Source of the DNA: Antedon mediterranea
Taxonomy: Eukaryota > Animalia > Echinodermata
Assembly: GCF_964355755.1 (NCBI RefSeq)
Contig: NC_092675.1
Location: 26,818,912-26,882,911, forward strand
DNA length: 64,000 nucleotides
Reading direction: 5' to 3'
The first letter of the stretch is position 1. Each line of letters opens with the position of its first letter. The notes beneath the pieces were generated by a model. That model made no database searches, was not told the origin of the DNA, and worked only from the letters and a program-made list of their open reading frames with translations. Below are positions 12,491 to 23,670 of the stretch, one piece after another. A program made the position numbers and the translations under genes.

Positions 12491-14124
12491 GTTCGGTTCA
12501 ATGTAACCGTCTAGAAAGTGCTCAATACGGTAAAGTAGAGCTAAAATATACGTTAAGTCTGGAAAAGAAGTAAAAACTACAGTTTGGTCTCTACAGGCTT
12601 GTTTCGTGAGTCGTGCAACTCACTCATCAGAAGACTATAATGAGAAGAATCAATTACAACGCTGCTTATAAGCACATTTACTTGTAGAATTAGCATTTAC
12701 ATGTGATATGTTTTGGAATGTCAGCTGTTATGTAACAATGCTTTCTTTCTGTGCCGGCAGGCGGACACAAGTTCATTACGTTTGTTTAATGTCGATAATT
12801 CAGGGTGGTGGATGATAAATAATTTCTCTTTGAGGCAGAGATTGCATTTTTTGTTTGTGCTACTATATGCTTTAGTAGATGTCAAGATGCGCCATGAGAT
12901 TGTATTGTCTGTGTTATTGTCCTTGAGTGTCCAAATGTTTACTGAGTTCAGTTGAGTTTCTAGAACGTGAATTACGGAATGATGAGGTGTGATTTCTGTA
13001 TCGTGTTTTAAAATCATTTTCAGTTAGTCCGATATAAGTTTCCGAGGTGGTTTTGTCTTTGCGCGTAACTGTGGCTTGGTATATTACAGATGATTGTAAG
13101 CAATTTCCGCTTAGCGGGCATGTGTTTTTCTGTCGGCAGTTGCATGTTTTGTTTTCTTGCGTGTTTTCCACGGATGTTGTTTCGGGCTGGTTGAGTATTC
13201 TCTTGTTGTGACTGTCTATTATCTGTTTCATATTGTTCATACAACTGTAGCTAATCTTGATAGTGTTTCGGTTGAAGATTTTTCTTAGTTTGTTATCTTT
13301 TGGAAAATGTTTGTCTACTAGGGATAGGAATTTCTGTCCAATGTTTGTGCTGACGTTTTTGCTGAACGGTGGGTTGTACCACAGAATGTCTTTTCGTTGT
13401 CTGTTTTTTCGTCTTGTCTGGGTTACCGGCTCGTATTTTAGTGTACTGGTATCCACTGTCGTTGAGAGTTTTCTGGTGTACAGGGGCGGCTTGGTCGAAT
13501 GAATTCTTGTCGGATGACAAGGACGAGGTCGTCTGTTTATTCCGGCGGGTATATTCTTTAGGATGGTCGGTGGGTGGTTACTTTGTTGATGGATATACTG
13601 TAACGTGGCGTTTGGTTTGGTGTAGAGCTGGTATGTGTTCTTCGCTAGGTTGAGTGTGACGTCTAAGAAGTTGATGACTTGTTTGTTTGCTTCTATGGTA
13701 ATGCGTAGGCCGTTATCTTTGAATATTTGGCATATGTCTTTTTAAATATTTTCTGTGCTTTTAGGTGTGGTGTCTGTGACTGCAAGGCCGTCATCTCTGT
13801 AAAGTCCTATGTTGATTCCTAGTTTCTGTTGTAATTGGTGTAACAGGAAGCTTCCAACAAGTTCACATGTTTCTGCGCCATCATAACTACCCATAGTCAC
13901 ATCGAATGCTGTGGGGCCTTTCTTTTGCCATGGTTGCTGTTTGTGTGATAGTACTGATTTTTTGGTATGTACGATGATGTCTCTTTCGTCGTTGGTAATA
14001 TCATCGTATCTTTTAGCGAAGTCTAGTGCTTTATTCAGCAGGTCATTGCTGATAGAGGGGTAAAATTCTACGATGTCGAAGCATATAAAGTTGTGTTGTT
14101 GTTTCTTATCGATGCTCTTAAACC
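12488..14124 (-). mobile_element. 5'-truncated Penelope-like retroelement (RT plus GIY-YIG endonuclease), frameshifted, flanked by (TA)n on both sides
   Basis: FDIVEFYPSI, TMGSYDGAETCELVG, GLYRDDG; CNCR....CP; VIYQATV...TYIGLTE..FKTRY.NH; CNLCLKEK..LNKRNELVSACRH. It resembles the short Hydra-type PLE group (recalled, not verified). Confidence 0.9.
12587..12635 (-). ncRNA. Type I hammerhead ribozyme in the Penelope 3' pseudo-LTR
   Basis: Minus strand reads GTCTT-CTGATGA-GTGAGT-TGCACG-ACTCAC-GAA-ACA-AGCC-TGT-A-GAGAC. Stems I, II and III all pair, with predicted cleavage after GUA. Confidence 0.88.
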
Positions 14125-14170
14125 ATATATATATATATAAATCAATGATGTTGCGTAGCACTGTGTAAAT

Positions 14171-14471
14171 TATATATAAATCATACTGTAAATTATAGAA
14201 ACAGTGCTCATATTCGGAACATGATCTCATAATCGCGTCGAGCATAGCTCATTGGTGAAAGTTCCGTATTTTTTAGTTGTATGAAAAAATGTCTCTGGCG
14301 GGATTCGAACCTGCTACCTCTCGCTTACAGGGCGAGTATCCCGCCAGAGACATTTTTTCATACAACTAAAAAATACGGAACTTTCGCCAATGAGCTATGC
14401 TCGACGCGATTATGAGATCATGTTCCGAATATGAGCACTGTTTCTATAATTTACAGTATGATTTATATATA
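14171..14471. repeat. 134-bp-arm inverted repeat around a tRNA-like half, TA-flanked
   Basis: 14171-14304 is the reverse complement of 14338-14471 with one mismatch. On the minus strand the loop and arm read CTCGC-CCTGTAA-GCGAG-AGGTA-GCAGGTTCGAATCCCGC-CAGAGAC-ATTTTTT. Confidence 0.9.
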
Positions 14472-15129
14472 TATATATATATATATACATTTGTGTGTGT
14501 CTTAATGATGTTTGTGATTTAGGCTAATTTCACTACAATCATGTGTATGTGAGTTTGAATAGCTTCAGTTGACTAACAATCACAGCAACGCGAAAATCAA
14601 ACGAATTTGAAAATAGGTTTTTTAAACTACTCGCATAAAAAAAGTTGCACATTAAATAAAATTATGTTTTAAAATTACAAATCACAAATTCTTGCCTCTT
14701 GTACAAAAATGAAGTTTTTTGGACAAGTAGTTCTCGAGAAAATGCAATTTCAGTTTATTTGTTACTTTAAGACTGCTCGCCGGCTTTTGAAAAATTCTGT
14801 CCTACCTTTTAACACTAGCAGGTCTGAAAAGTATACTTACAAGACAAACAAACAAACAGACAGATAAACAAACAAACAATGGTGAAGTTATAGAAAAGCG
14901 TTAGTTTATTTTTTATATTTTCAGATTCCACACACCCCCCTCCCCCCAAAAAAAAATCACATACATTGCTCAATTTACATTTACATACAGACAATACATC
15001 AATATCTATCAGCATATTATTATTATAATAGAATCGAGGCTAAAATAATCAGCATTCAATCATTTATTTCCCAAGTAGTTAAATTTCGGAGACTTCTATA
15101 TTTTCTTCTTATATGTGATTTTAATTCAT

Positions 15130-15222
15130 TGAAATATCTATTCTTATATAAAAAATTGTAATTTAGCGCTTTGATCAACTTGGAAAAGCGCTATATAAGC
15201 AATTATTATTGTTATTTATTTA
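15130..15222 (+). mobile_element. L2-type 3' tail fragment (LINE or L2-dependent SINE end)
   Basis: AGCGCTTTG...AAAGCGCTATATAAG followed by (ATT)n, the same architecture as the tail at 19179-19256. Confidence 0.55.
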
Positions 15223-15635
15223 TGGTTAATCGAATTCCGTGCTGGTGTGACATTCTATGACAGTGGCATTACATAAGCTGTACCAGTAATACTAAATAGT
15301 GCGTGAACAGCCTTTAGGTTGTTCTTAATTTAGTGTGAAAAAAAATCGTTCTATTGTGATTTGTATTTACTTAAATAATCACAATAACCTATCAAAGTTA
15401 TACCAAACAAACAAAGGGTTGACCTTCAGCGACTATATCTTATATAATTTAATACACGGATCGAAAGGAAAGTATGTGTGTTGGGGAAACATCATATTAC
15501 CGCTAAAAAGATTGTAGATTTTTGTATACATTTTATTATGTCTATGACTATTGTTATTTAACCTATGTTTCATAACGGCCTCAATTCCATATATATCATT
15601 TGCATAACATACATGGTATAATTGTTATTATATAA

Positions 15636-15945
15636 CACCTATATAAATTCCTGTCATTTGATTGGACGAATGTGGGTCACATGGCGTGCAATAGTACGCA
15701 CTATTCAACGATCGTTAAATAGTACTTTTTGAAACATTTTTGTGTACGAAAAAAAAACGTCTAGATGTTATATAAAACAAATAATGAATGTTTTGTATTC
15801 GTGTAATGGTACAAATAATGGCACTTGGTGAATGATGAAAGGTTATATCAACTCGGCTTTGCCTCGTTGATATAACCTTTCATCATTCACCTCGTGCCAT
15901 TATTTGTACCATTGCACTCATAAACATTCATTATTTGTATAATAT
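15636..15945. mobile_element. Non-autonomous element with a long terminal hairpin
   Basis: About 75-bp imperfect inverted arms at 15777-15852 and 15866-15938 around the loop TCGGCTTTGCCTC. Confidence 0.6.
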
Positions 15946-16051
15946 ACGTTGGTAGAAAAAACATAGCAGCAGCATCTTGGTTTTGGTTTTGGTTCTGAGC
16001 TCTACTTTGTTATAATGAAACACATATACAATATGAAGATCTGCTGTTGTC

Positions 16052-19000
16052 ATGCTAATTAGCTATAGCTCTGAGTTTCTTCATGGTTTACAGGGCTGTG
16101 TAACCAACAACAATAACAGTTGTGAACTTCTTGAAGAATCTTGCTTAATTATACAATCTTTTAAGTTGAACTCCAGTAGCTGTAGTATCCACCTATTACC
16201 AAGGAGGCCAAAAAGAAAAACCAGGCGTGGTACAAGAGCTGGGCGTGACAAACACACTAAAAACAATCTATCATTTCTGGACTTATCATCAAACTCTCTC
16301 TTATCTAAAAACAATATTAAATTTTGCAGTATTAATACAAGATCCGTTCGGAACAAAACAACAGAATTTGTGGATTTCGTTATCGAACATAATCTGGATG
16401 TTGTTGCCCTTTCGGAAACGTGGCTTAAACCAGAAGACACATCAGTTATAGGAAATATTACACCCAACGGATACTCTCTCAAACATGCTCCCCGTGCTGG
16501 TACTAAAAGAGGTGGTGGAGTTGCACTTCTTTACAAGGAAAGAATAGCGGTTAAATGTTATGACACGGGATTATTACCAAAATCATTTGAACTGCTAAAT
16601 GTGGAAATAGTCAGCAATGCATCCTCAGTTTTCCTCGTAGCAGTATATCGTCCTCAAAGCAAATCAACGGGTTGCAGTCTAAATGTTTTCACTGAAGAAT
16701 TCTCAACTTTGGTTGATCACTATGTATTGAAGCCGGCTCCCATACTATTCGTTGGAGACTTTAACATCCATGTGGATATGCCAAATGATGCAGATGCAAT
16801 TCATTTTCGGAATCTACTTGTAGCAAGCAGTCTTCAACAGCATGTGTCTACACCTACACACCGACATGGTCATACATTAGACTTGCTGATCACTCGTTCA
16901 TCTGATCCTCCTGTTTTCTCAAACCTTAATGTCATTGATGGTATATCAGATCACTGTGCAATCACATGTAATCTCCTTATCAAGAAGCCACCCGTAATCA
17001 CTAAATCCATCGAAACTCGTCATTGGAATGCTATAAATTTTGAGACATTAAGTAAAGATATCACACAGTCTGATCTCGGAACTTCGCTCTCAAATCTTGA
17101 TTTATCAAGTAAAGTACGACTATATGTCACCACTTTGAGTGAACTTCTTGACAAACACGCACCACCGAAAAAGAGAACAGTAAAGGTCCGACCAAACACT
17201 AGTTGGTATAACAGTGACATCTATGCTGAGAAAAGAACAAAGCGTAAGCTTGAAAAGAAATGGAGAATCTCTCATCTGGAAATAGATCGTCAAGCTTACA
17301 TTGCACAGAAGAGGAATGTAAATTCCATGGTAAGAAAGGCAAAGGCCAACTACTACATTGGCTTGTGTGAAGAACATGCAGCAGATCAGAAAGGACTTTT
17401 CAAAATTGTTAACCAACTCCTTCATCATCGCCAGGTATCACCTCTCCCAGATAGTCTTTCTGACTTAGATCTTGCGAACAGGTTCTGTCAGTTTTTCACA
17501 GACAAGATCAAGATCATCAGAGACGACTTCAAGATTGATGACATGTCATTTAATGAGCCTGTGACAGCTGTTCATCAGCATCTCACAACATTTACACCAG
17601 CATCTCAAGATGAGATCCGCAACATTCTGATGAAATCACCAACAAAATCATGCAGGTTAGATCCAGTTCCTACTTCTATACTGAAGAAGTGTATAGACGC
17701 AGTCGTTCCAATAATAACGGAAATCATTAACCATTCTCTTAATACCGGCATAGTGCCAGATGAACTGAAAATTGCTCACGTTCGTCCTTTAATAAAAAAG
17801 CAAAACTTGGATCATAACACGCTGAAAAATTACCGCCCGGTGTCGAATCTTTCTTTTCTTGGAAAGACTCTGGAGCGTGTAGTGACATCACGCATTACTC
17901 CATATCTTCAAAAGCATAATTTAAATGAGAATTACCAGTCGGCATATCGTGCATGTCATAGCACGGAGAGTTCCCTTTTAAAGATACAGAATGATTTGTT
18001 ACAAGGAATGAATGATGGGAAAATAACGCTATTGGTGTTGTTGGATTTGTCAGCAGCGTTTGATACAGTTGATCACCAAAGACTGATAACCCGTCTGAGA
18101 AATCGCATTGGCATAAATGGTGTTGCTCTTAACTGGTTCCAGTCATATCTTACAGGAAGACGTCAGCTAGTCTGTATCAATGATGCATTCTCAGATGAAG
18201 CTTGCCTGGAATATGGTGTACCACAGGGGTCAGTAATTGGGCCTGGCCAGTTTTCCATTTATACGCTTCCCCTTGGTGACATTATTCGCAAACACAGTCT
18301 ACATTTCCATTTCTATGCAGATGATACACAGATTTATGTGTCAGTAAATCCAGTGCAAAGGAATGTTGCTGCAGCAATCAGTAAGATGGAAGCCTGTATA
18401 GAAGATGTTCGCAATTGGATGACAACAAATTACCTAAAGTTGAATGATGGAAAGACAGAGTTTATTATCGTCGGGTCTAAATGTAACATCTCCAAAATCA
18501 ACATCACACATATCAGAATCGGAAACTCTAACATCGCTCCCTCATCGGTGGTCCGGAATCTGGGAATCATGCTGGATAGTAATCTCACTATGGAAGCACA
18601 AATAACAACTGTATCCAAAGCAGCATGCATATCGATTAGGAACCTTGGTCGTATTCGCGGTAATCTTAACAAGAAAACAGCTGAATTGATTGTACACTCA
18701 TTTGTCACTTCTAAAATTGACATTGGTAATGCCTTGTTGTTTGGCATACCAAAATCTCAAATACAACGTTTGCAGCGCTTGCAAAATATGGCAGCTAGAA
18801 TTGTAACTTATACAAAATCAAACGCTCACATAACTCCTGTCCTGATGGATTTGCATTGGTTGCCTGTTCAACAACGTATTAAGTACAAACTTGCGTTGTT
18901 CGTATTCAAGATCCTAAATGACAGTGCTCCTGCTTATTTATCTGACCTTGTGGATCGTTACGAATCATCCCGCAGAGGCCTACGATCATTGTCACAAAAC

Positions 19001-19171
19001 CTTCTTCAAGAGCGTAGAGCGAAAAATCAGTGGGGTCAGAGATCTTTTTACGTTGCGGCCGCAAGTGTATGGAACAGCTTACCAGCAACAGTTAAATGCT
19101 CAACTAGTCTAAACAGTTTCAAGACCAACCTAAAGATGTCGCTATTCGCTGATGTTCTCGCACGTTGTTAA
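16052..19171 (+). mobile_element. L2/CR1-group LINE with intact 1039-aa ORF2 (APE endonuclease plus RT); 3' tail extends to about 19256
   Basis: RRGTRAG, INTRSV, LSETWL, GDFNIH, HTLDL, SDH; NYRPVSNL, LDLSAAFDTVDH, GVPQGSVIGP, YADDTQ; LHWLPV..RI. Ends in an AAGCGC..GCGCTATATAAG hairpin and (ATT)n. Confidence 0.96.
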
Positions 19172-19771
19172 TGCACAAAGCGCCATGAGCGCCACATGGG
19201 TGGAGGATACCGGCGCTATATAAGTTTTCATTTATATTATAATATTATTATTATTGTTTCTAAAATAATGAGTGAATTGCCACCCATATGCATTGTATAT
19301 TGGGTTATTTGTTTGAATAGGCAGGAAATTTTCTCGCCGAAAAGAATTAAGTGAAAATGTAGGCCTACTTGATGTCACCCTACGTTTTCACGATAACAGT
19401 GATGCTATTTATATCCTCTGGTCACCTTAGGATTGAGTAGGTATTTGCACAAACTAGCAATTTATTGTTCCAAATCTGGCGTTGCGTATGACCAGGTAAT
19501 CCGTTTAAGCTTGAACTATTATACAGTGCAGTTGAGCATCGTCGGCCTATTGTTGGTTTCCAGGGCGTTTTTATTTATTTTATGCTTCTATGGTGTAATA
19601 TTATACCACTTTGAAATGTCAGTGGAAGAGAGGAATTCTCGCCAAATATCAATCTATTATTCAAAATCCACATGACCTTGTTTATACAAGTTCTTTTATT
19701 TATTACATGCCTCCAGTTCCTATTTTTAATACTGCAGTATCGTATCTGTTTAGCAATATTATATATATATA

Positions 19772-19966
19772 TATGACGTTATCCAAATTCCTTCACTTGC
19801 ACTGATGAAGGGCTAGTGTTGCCCGAAAGCTCTGCTAACTTTTCTGGCTGTTTACTTTATCGTTTTGATTTAGCTTTTCGCTTTTTATTTTTGTATCTCC
19901 ATTGAGATCCAGCCACTGATACCCACAGCATTGTCATTTTTTTCAGTAATTTGCCTTTGGATTTAT
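19772..19966 (+). ncRNA. Hammerhead-ribozyme repeat, copy 4, inside (TA)n
   Basis: Core CTGATGA at 19802. Same 5' start (TATGACGTTATCC) as copies 1 and 2, with TA runs on both sides. Confidence 0.82.
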
Positions 19967-19977
19967 ATCTATATATA

Positions 19978-20334
19978 AGGGCGTATCAATTTGATCTCTG
20001 GTGCGCGTGAGTACAACTGAGGACTAGTTGTGTTCCAACCGTACCACGCCGAGAATGTTAAAGGGTCGTTATCCGATCGAGTTAAAGAACAATACCATGA
20101 AAGCCCCAGTGGTCTAATGGTTAGGGCAACTGCATATCAAGCAGACGGTCCGAGTTCGAGTCTCGGTTGGGGCGACTTTTTCTCATTCTCCCAGATTTCC
20201 TCATCTTTATCGTTTCAAAAATTAATTAAATAATTTTCCGTGTATCACCGGGCGGTTTGGAATTTATTTCTATGCCTGTTGTGTTTATATATATATAAAA
20301 GTATCTCTCGAGAAACCGCTTAGTGAATAAATAT
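19978..20334 (+). repeat. 369-bp tRNA-bearing tandem unit, copy 1 (slightly 5'-truncated)
   Basis: Aligns along its length with 22971-23339 and 23340-23670. Confidence 0.88.
20103..20174 (+). tRNA. tRNA-like cloverleaf (anticodon ATC, Arg-CCT-like 5' half); probably repeat-borne, not a translational tRNA
   Basis: Acceptor GCCCCAG/TTGGGGC, anticodon arm CTGC-ATATCAA-GCAG, T arm CCGAG-TTCGAGT-CTCGG, then ACTTTTT. Position 32 is A, which is non-canonical. Confidence 0.5.
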
Positions 20335-22970
20335 CAAAGATCTTATAAACTAAAGATGTGACACTACCCGCGTTTACGCGTAACACTTTAGAAGCGTCAA
20401 ATTATAGTGTGCCTCCTCGCTTAAACAAGTAACGAACTTTTGCGTGACGATGATCGCAGTATTCTTTAGAAAATGGGATTGAGGAGTCGCGCCAAAGTTT
20501 GTATGGTTAAGAAACAATGAATGAAAAGAGAAAAAGTGGAGGGATGTACTGTGCTGCAATTAATTGTAAAAGCAATTCAAAGGCCAACCCAGAACTTAAG
20601 CTTTACAATTTTCCCAAAGACAAGAACAGGTAAATTTATGTAATTAAATAAGTAGCCTAGGCCTACATCTTAATATATGCTATGTAGGCCTAGGGACTAG
20701 GCCTAATCTTACTTTGCTGTATTCAATTTATACATATATTAATAAACTAGGCTAGGTAGGCCTATTATTAATAATTATTATTTAAACGTATGAAATGATT
20801 ATTAGTATCATTATTAGGCTACTACTAGTACATTAGTTGGTTATATTACTTATCCTTTAAAATTTAGTACTCTTAACAAACAATTTTTAAAACTTTCAAT
20901 TCAAGAAACATTTATTGACCAAATATATATCATTACAATTGTTGGCATATAAGTAAAAATGTGGTCGAAAGACTACAAGAAGCCCAATTGGCATGTCGCT
21001 GTAGGCCTAGGCTAGTCCCTCTTTTTACATTATACAAATAATAATAATAATAATACTTAATATAAACAAATTGTGATCTTGATTATTTCATGCTTTCCGT
21101 CTCATGGTTAATATTTGCTTTCTGTCTCATGGTTATTTTATTTCGTTTAATTTAACTAGCCGTTACATACATTACAGTATATTAACGCATGAAATGATTA
21201 TTATTATCATTATTAGGCTAGGACATTAGTTATAATAACAGTGAAATTACACTATTTGTATTGTTCCCTGGTTATATGACTTATCCATTGAGTAGCCCTA
21301 ACAAACAATTTTTAATTGAATCTTATACTTAATATTTATGAAATTCAACCGTTAGTTAGTTAGTGGTTTCAGGTTAGGCTTAAGTATTTGATTTTAGGCC
21401 CTAACCAATTTGAAAATCAATTAGCATGCACGTAGACGTCCTATAATTACGTAAACGTTAATTATGATAAAGCAAAAACTCACTAGACAATTATTAATTT
21501 ACAGGTGTGCAAAATGGGCCCAGAACACACGACGCGCGGATTTGAGAACGAAACCAAGTTCCTATTTACACCGTAATTGCCACTTGTGCAATATTCATTT
21601 CGAAGAATCTCAAATACTGATGGTCACAAGAAGATTGTATGGAATGCAGTCCCTACAATATTTGATGTCCCAAATCCACCACACCAAGTAGTTAATGTCC
21701 TATCTATCTGTGAAAAGATTTTTGTTTCTAACTTTAACAAATACTTACATACATCAAACATCAGCAGAAAAATAAAGTTAAAAATCGCTACCATGTTACA
21801 TAGATTTGGTATGAAGTTGAATCTTTGTTCACCAGCAATTGAAACATTGCTAATTGAAACGTACGTAAACCTACGCATATTCTTTAACAGAGACATAATC
21901 AGTGATAAGAAGAAGAGTAAAAAATTAATTAAAGTATCACATTTATGAGGTAAGTCAAAGTTGTAGGAGGTCTGTACGCGCCCCGGTCTGTGCATTATCG
22001 GCTAGAAATGATGATCATTACGACGGTCTGGTATGATGATTGAATAATTGTAAATATGATGATTTTATTTCAATGTTTCTACATTTTTTATATTTCCTCT
22101 GGGTGGCCCGTGCATCATTTCGCAATAGTTATTGAGTTAATTTTAAACTGAGACTACTATAACATAACTTATTGTTATCTCAGGTTTTACATAAATTAAA
22201 ATAATAAATGAATGTCATGGCGAATGATGGGTACATGTATGCCTAGTATGAATTGTCTCAGAATTGACTATCATAATCTGTTTCATATCATGCCTGTAGG
22301 CTTAAGCCTATGATTTTTTATAAATATAATCCGAAAAATTACTGCAATAAAATAGTCGAAGTAGTGATTTTAAAAAGTGACTTCTTGTTCTTTTTTAATT
22401 GTTTATAACACACTATTTGACTAATATAGTTTCCTAATCTGCACTGTTTTGCTGCTGGATGAAAGAACAACACATCAAGAACATAAACGGAATACGATGC
22501 GCTTAGTGTTAATACCAGAGGGACCGACTCTCGCATAAATAAGTAGTAGTGATGTGAGTGATGATTAGGCCTACTCCTAGATGATAATTTTGAGGATGAT
22601 GATAAACATTCAATAATAACAACAATATTCAGTAATTAAAACAAATAGATATACAAAGTACAGGAAATAAGTATATCATTATAATTTAATCGCACATTAC
22701 CACAATTATTGTGATGAAAAAAATTGAGTATTCAGTTACAATACAGTAGACGTATCTGATCCATAAATCTACTTGTTTAAGCGAGAGGGCGCCCTATAAA
22801 ATGAGCTCCATGTGTGTTACATGAATTGCACGTAAAATTCCGAGAGTGTCCCATCTTTAGTATATAAGATCTTTGCTTGTTTAAGCGAGGGGGCGCACTA
22901 TAATTTGACGCTTCTAAAGTGTTACGCATAAACGCGGGTAGTGTCACATCTTTAGTATATAAGATCTTTG
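20335..22970 (+). mobile_element. Internally deleted P-element/THAP9-type DNA transposon
   Basis: 95-bp TIRs starting CAAAGATCTTATA (20335-20429 and 22876-22970). 8-bp TSD ATAAATAT/ATAAAAAT (7 of 8 match); the site is single-copy in the uninterrupted repeat junction at 23340. Contains a THAP coding region. Confidence 0.9.
20517..21948 (+). pseudogene. THAP-domain transposase remnant (exons 20517-20629 and 21505-21948)
   Basis: MYCAAINC..FPKD.NR|CAKW...LCNIHFEESQ, a frameshift, then WNAVPTIFDVPNPP, joined directly to a basic C-terminal tail. No catalytic domain. Confidence 0.85.
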
Positions 22971-23670
22971 ATAAAAATACTGTAAGATGAGGGCGTATCA
23001 ATTTGATCTCTGGTGCGCGTGCGTACAACTGAGGACTAGTGCTGTTCCGCCGTACCACGCCGAGAATGTTAAAGAGTCGCTATCCAATCGAGTTCGAACA
23101 ATACCATGAAAGCCCCAGTGGTCTAATGGTTAGGACATCTGCATATCAAGCAGGCGGTCCGAGTTCGAGTCTCGGTTATGGCGACTTTTTCTCATTCTCA
23201 CAGATTTCCTCATCTTTATCGTTTCAAATTAATTAATTAAATTTCAGTATATCACCCACCGGGCGGTTTAGAATTAATGTTCTTTGCCTGATTTGTTTAT
23301 ATATTTAAAAGTATCTCTTCGGAGCATCCCGCCTCGTGAATAAAAATACTGTAAGATGAGGGCGTATCAATTTGATCTCTGGTGCGCGTGCGTACAACTG
23401 AGGACTAGTGCTGTTCCGCCGTACCACGCCGAGAATGTTAAAGAGTCGCTATCCAATCGAGTTCGAACAATACCATGAAAGCCCCAGTGGTCTAATGGTT
23501 AGGACATCTGCATATCAAGCAGGCGGTCCGAGTTTGAATCTCGGTTGGGGCGACTTTTTCTCATTCTCACAGATTTCCTCTTTTTTATCGTTTCAAATTA
23601 ATTAATTAAATTTCAGTATATCACCGGGCGGTTTAGAATTAATGTTCTTTGCCTGATTTGTTTATATATT
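22971..23670 (+). repeat. 369-bp tRNA-bearing tandem unit, copies 2 and 3 (cloverleaves at 23112-23183 and 23481-23552)
   Basis: Unit starts at 22971 and 23340, nearly identical. Each has the GCCCCAGTGGTCTAATGG...GGCGACTTTTT cassette about 140 bp inside the unit. Confidence 0.92.

Noticed and set aside
12175-12573. ORFs rich in IYIY
   Set aside because: Translations of the (TA)n microsatellite.
20103-20174. Functional tRNA-Asp(ATC) gene
   Set aside because: A at position 32, a non-Asp body, copy-specific stem or T-loop defects and repeat context argue against a role in translation. Kept only as tRNA-like.
23028-23115. CTGAGGA...GAAA in the 369-bp unit as a hammerhead
   Set aside because: No stem II closing onto GAAA and no stem I or III pairing could be built.
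20030-23605. Three similar 65-67-aa ORFs (QYHESPSGLMVR...)
   Set aside because: They run through the tRNA-like cassette, use non-ATG starts and are similar only because the DNA unit is repeated.
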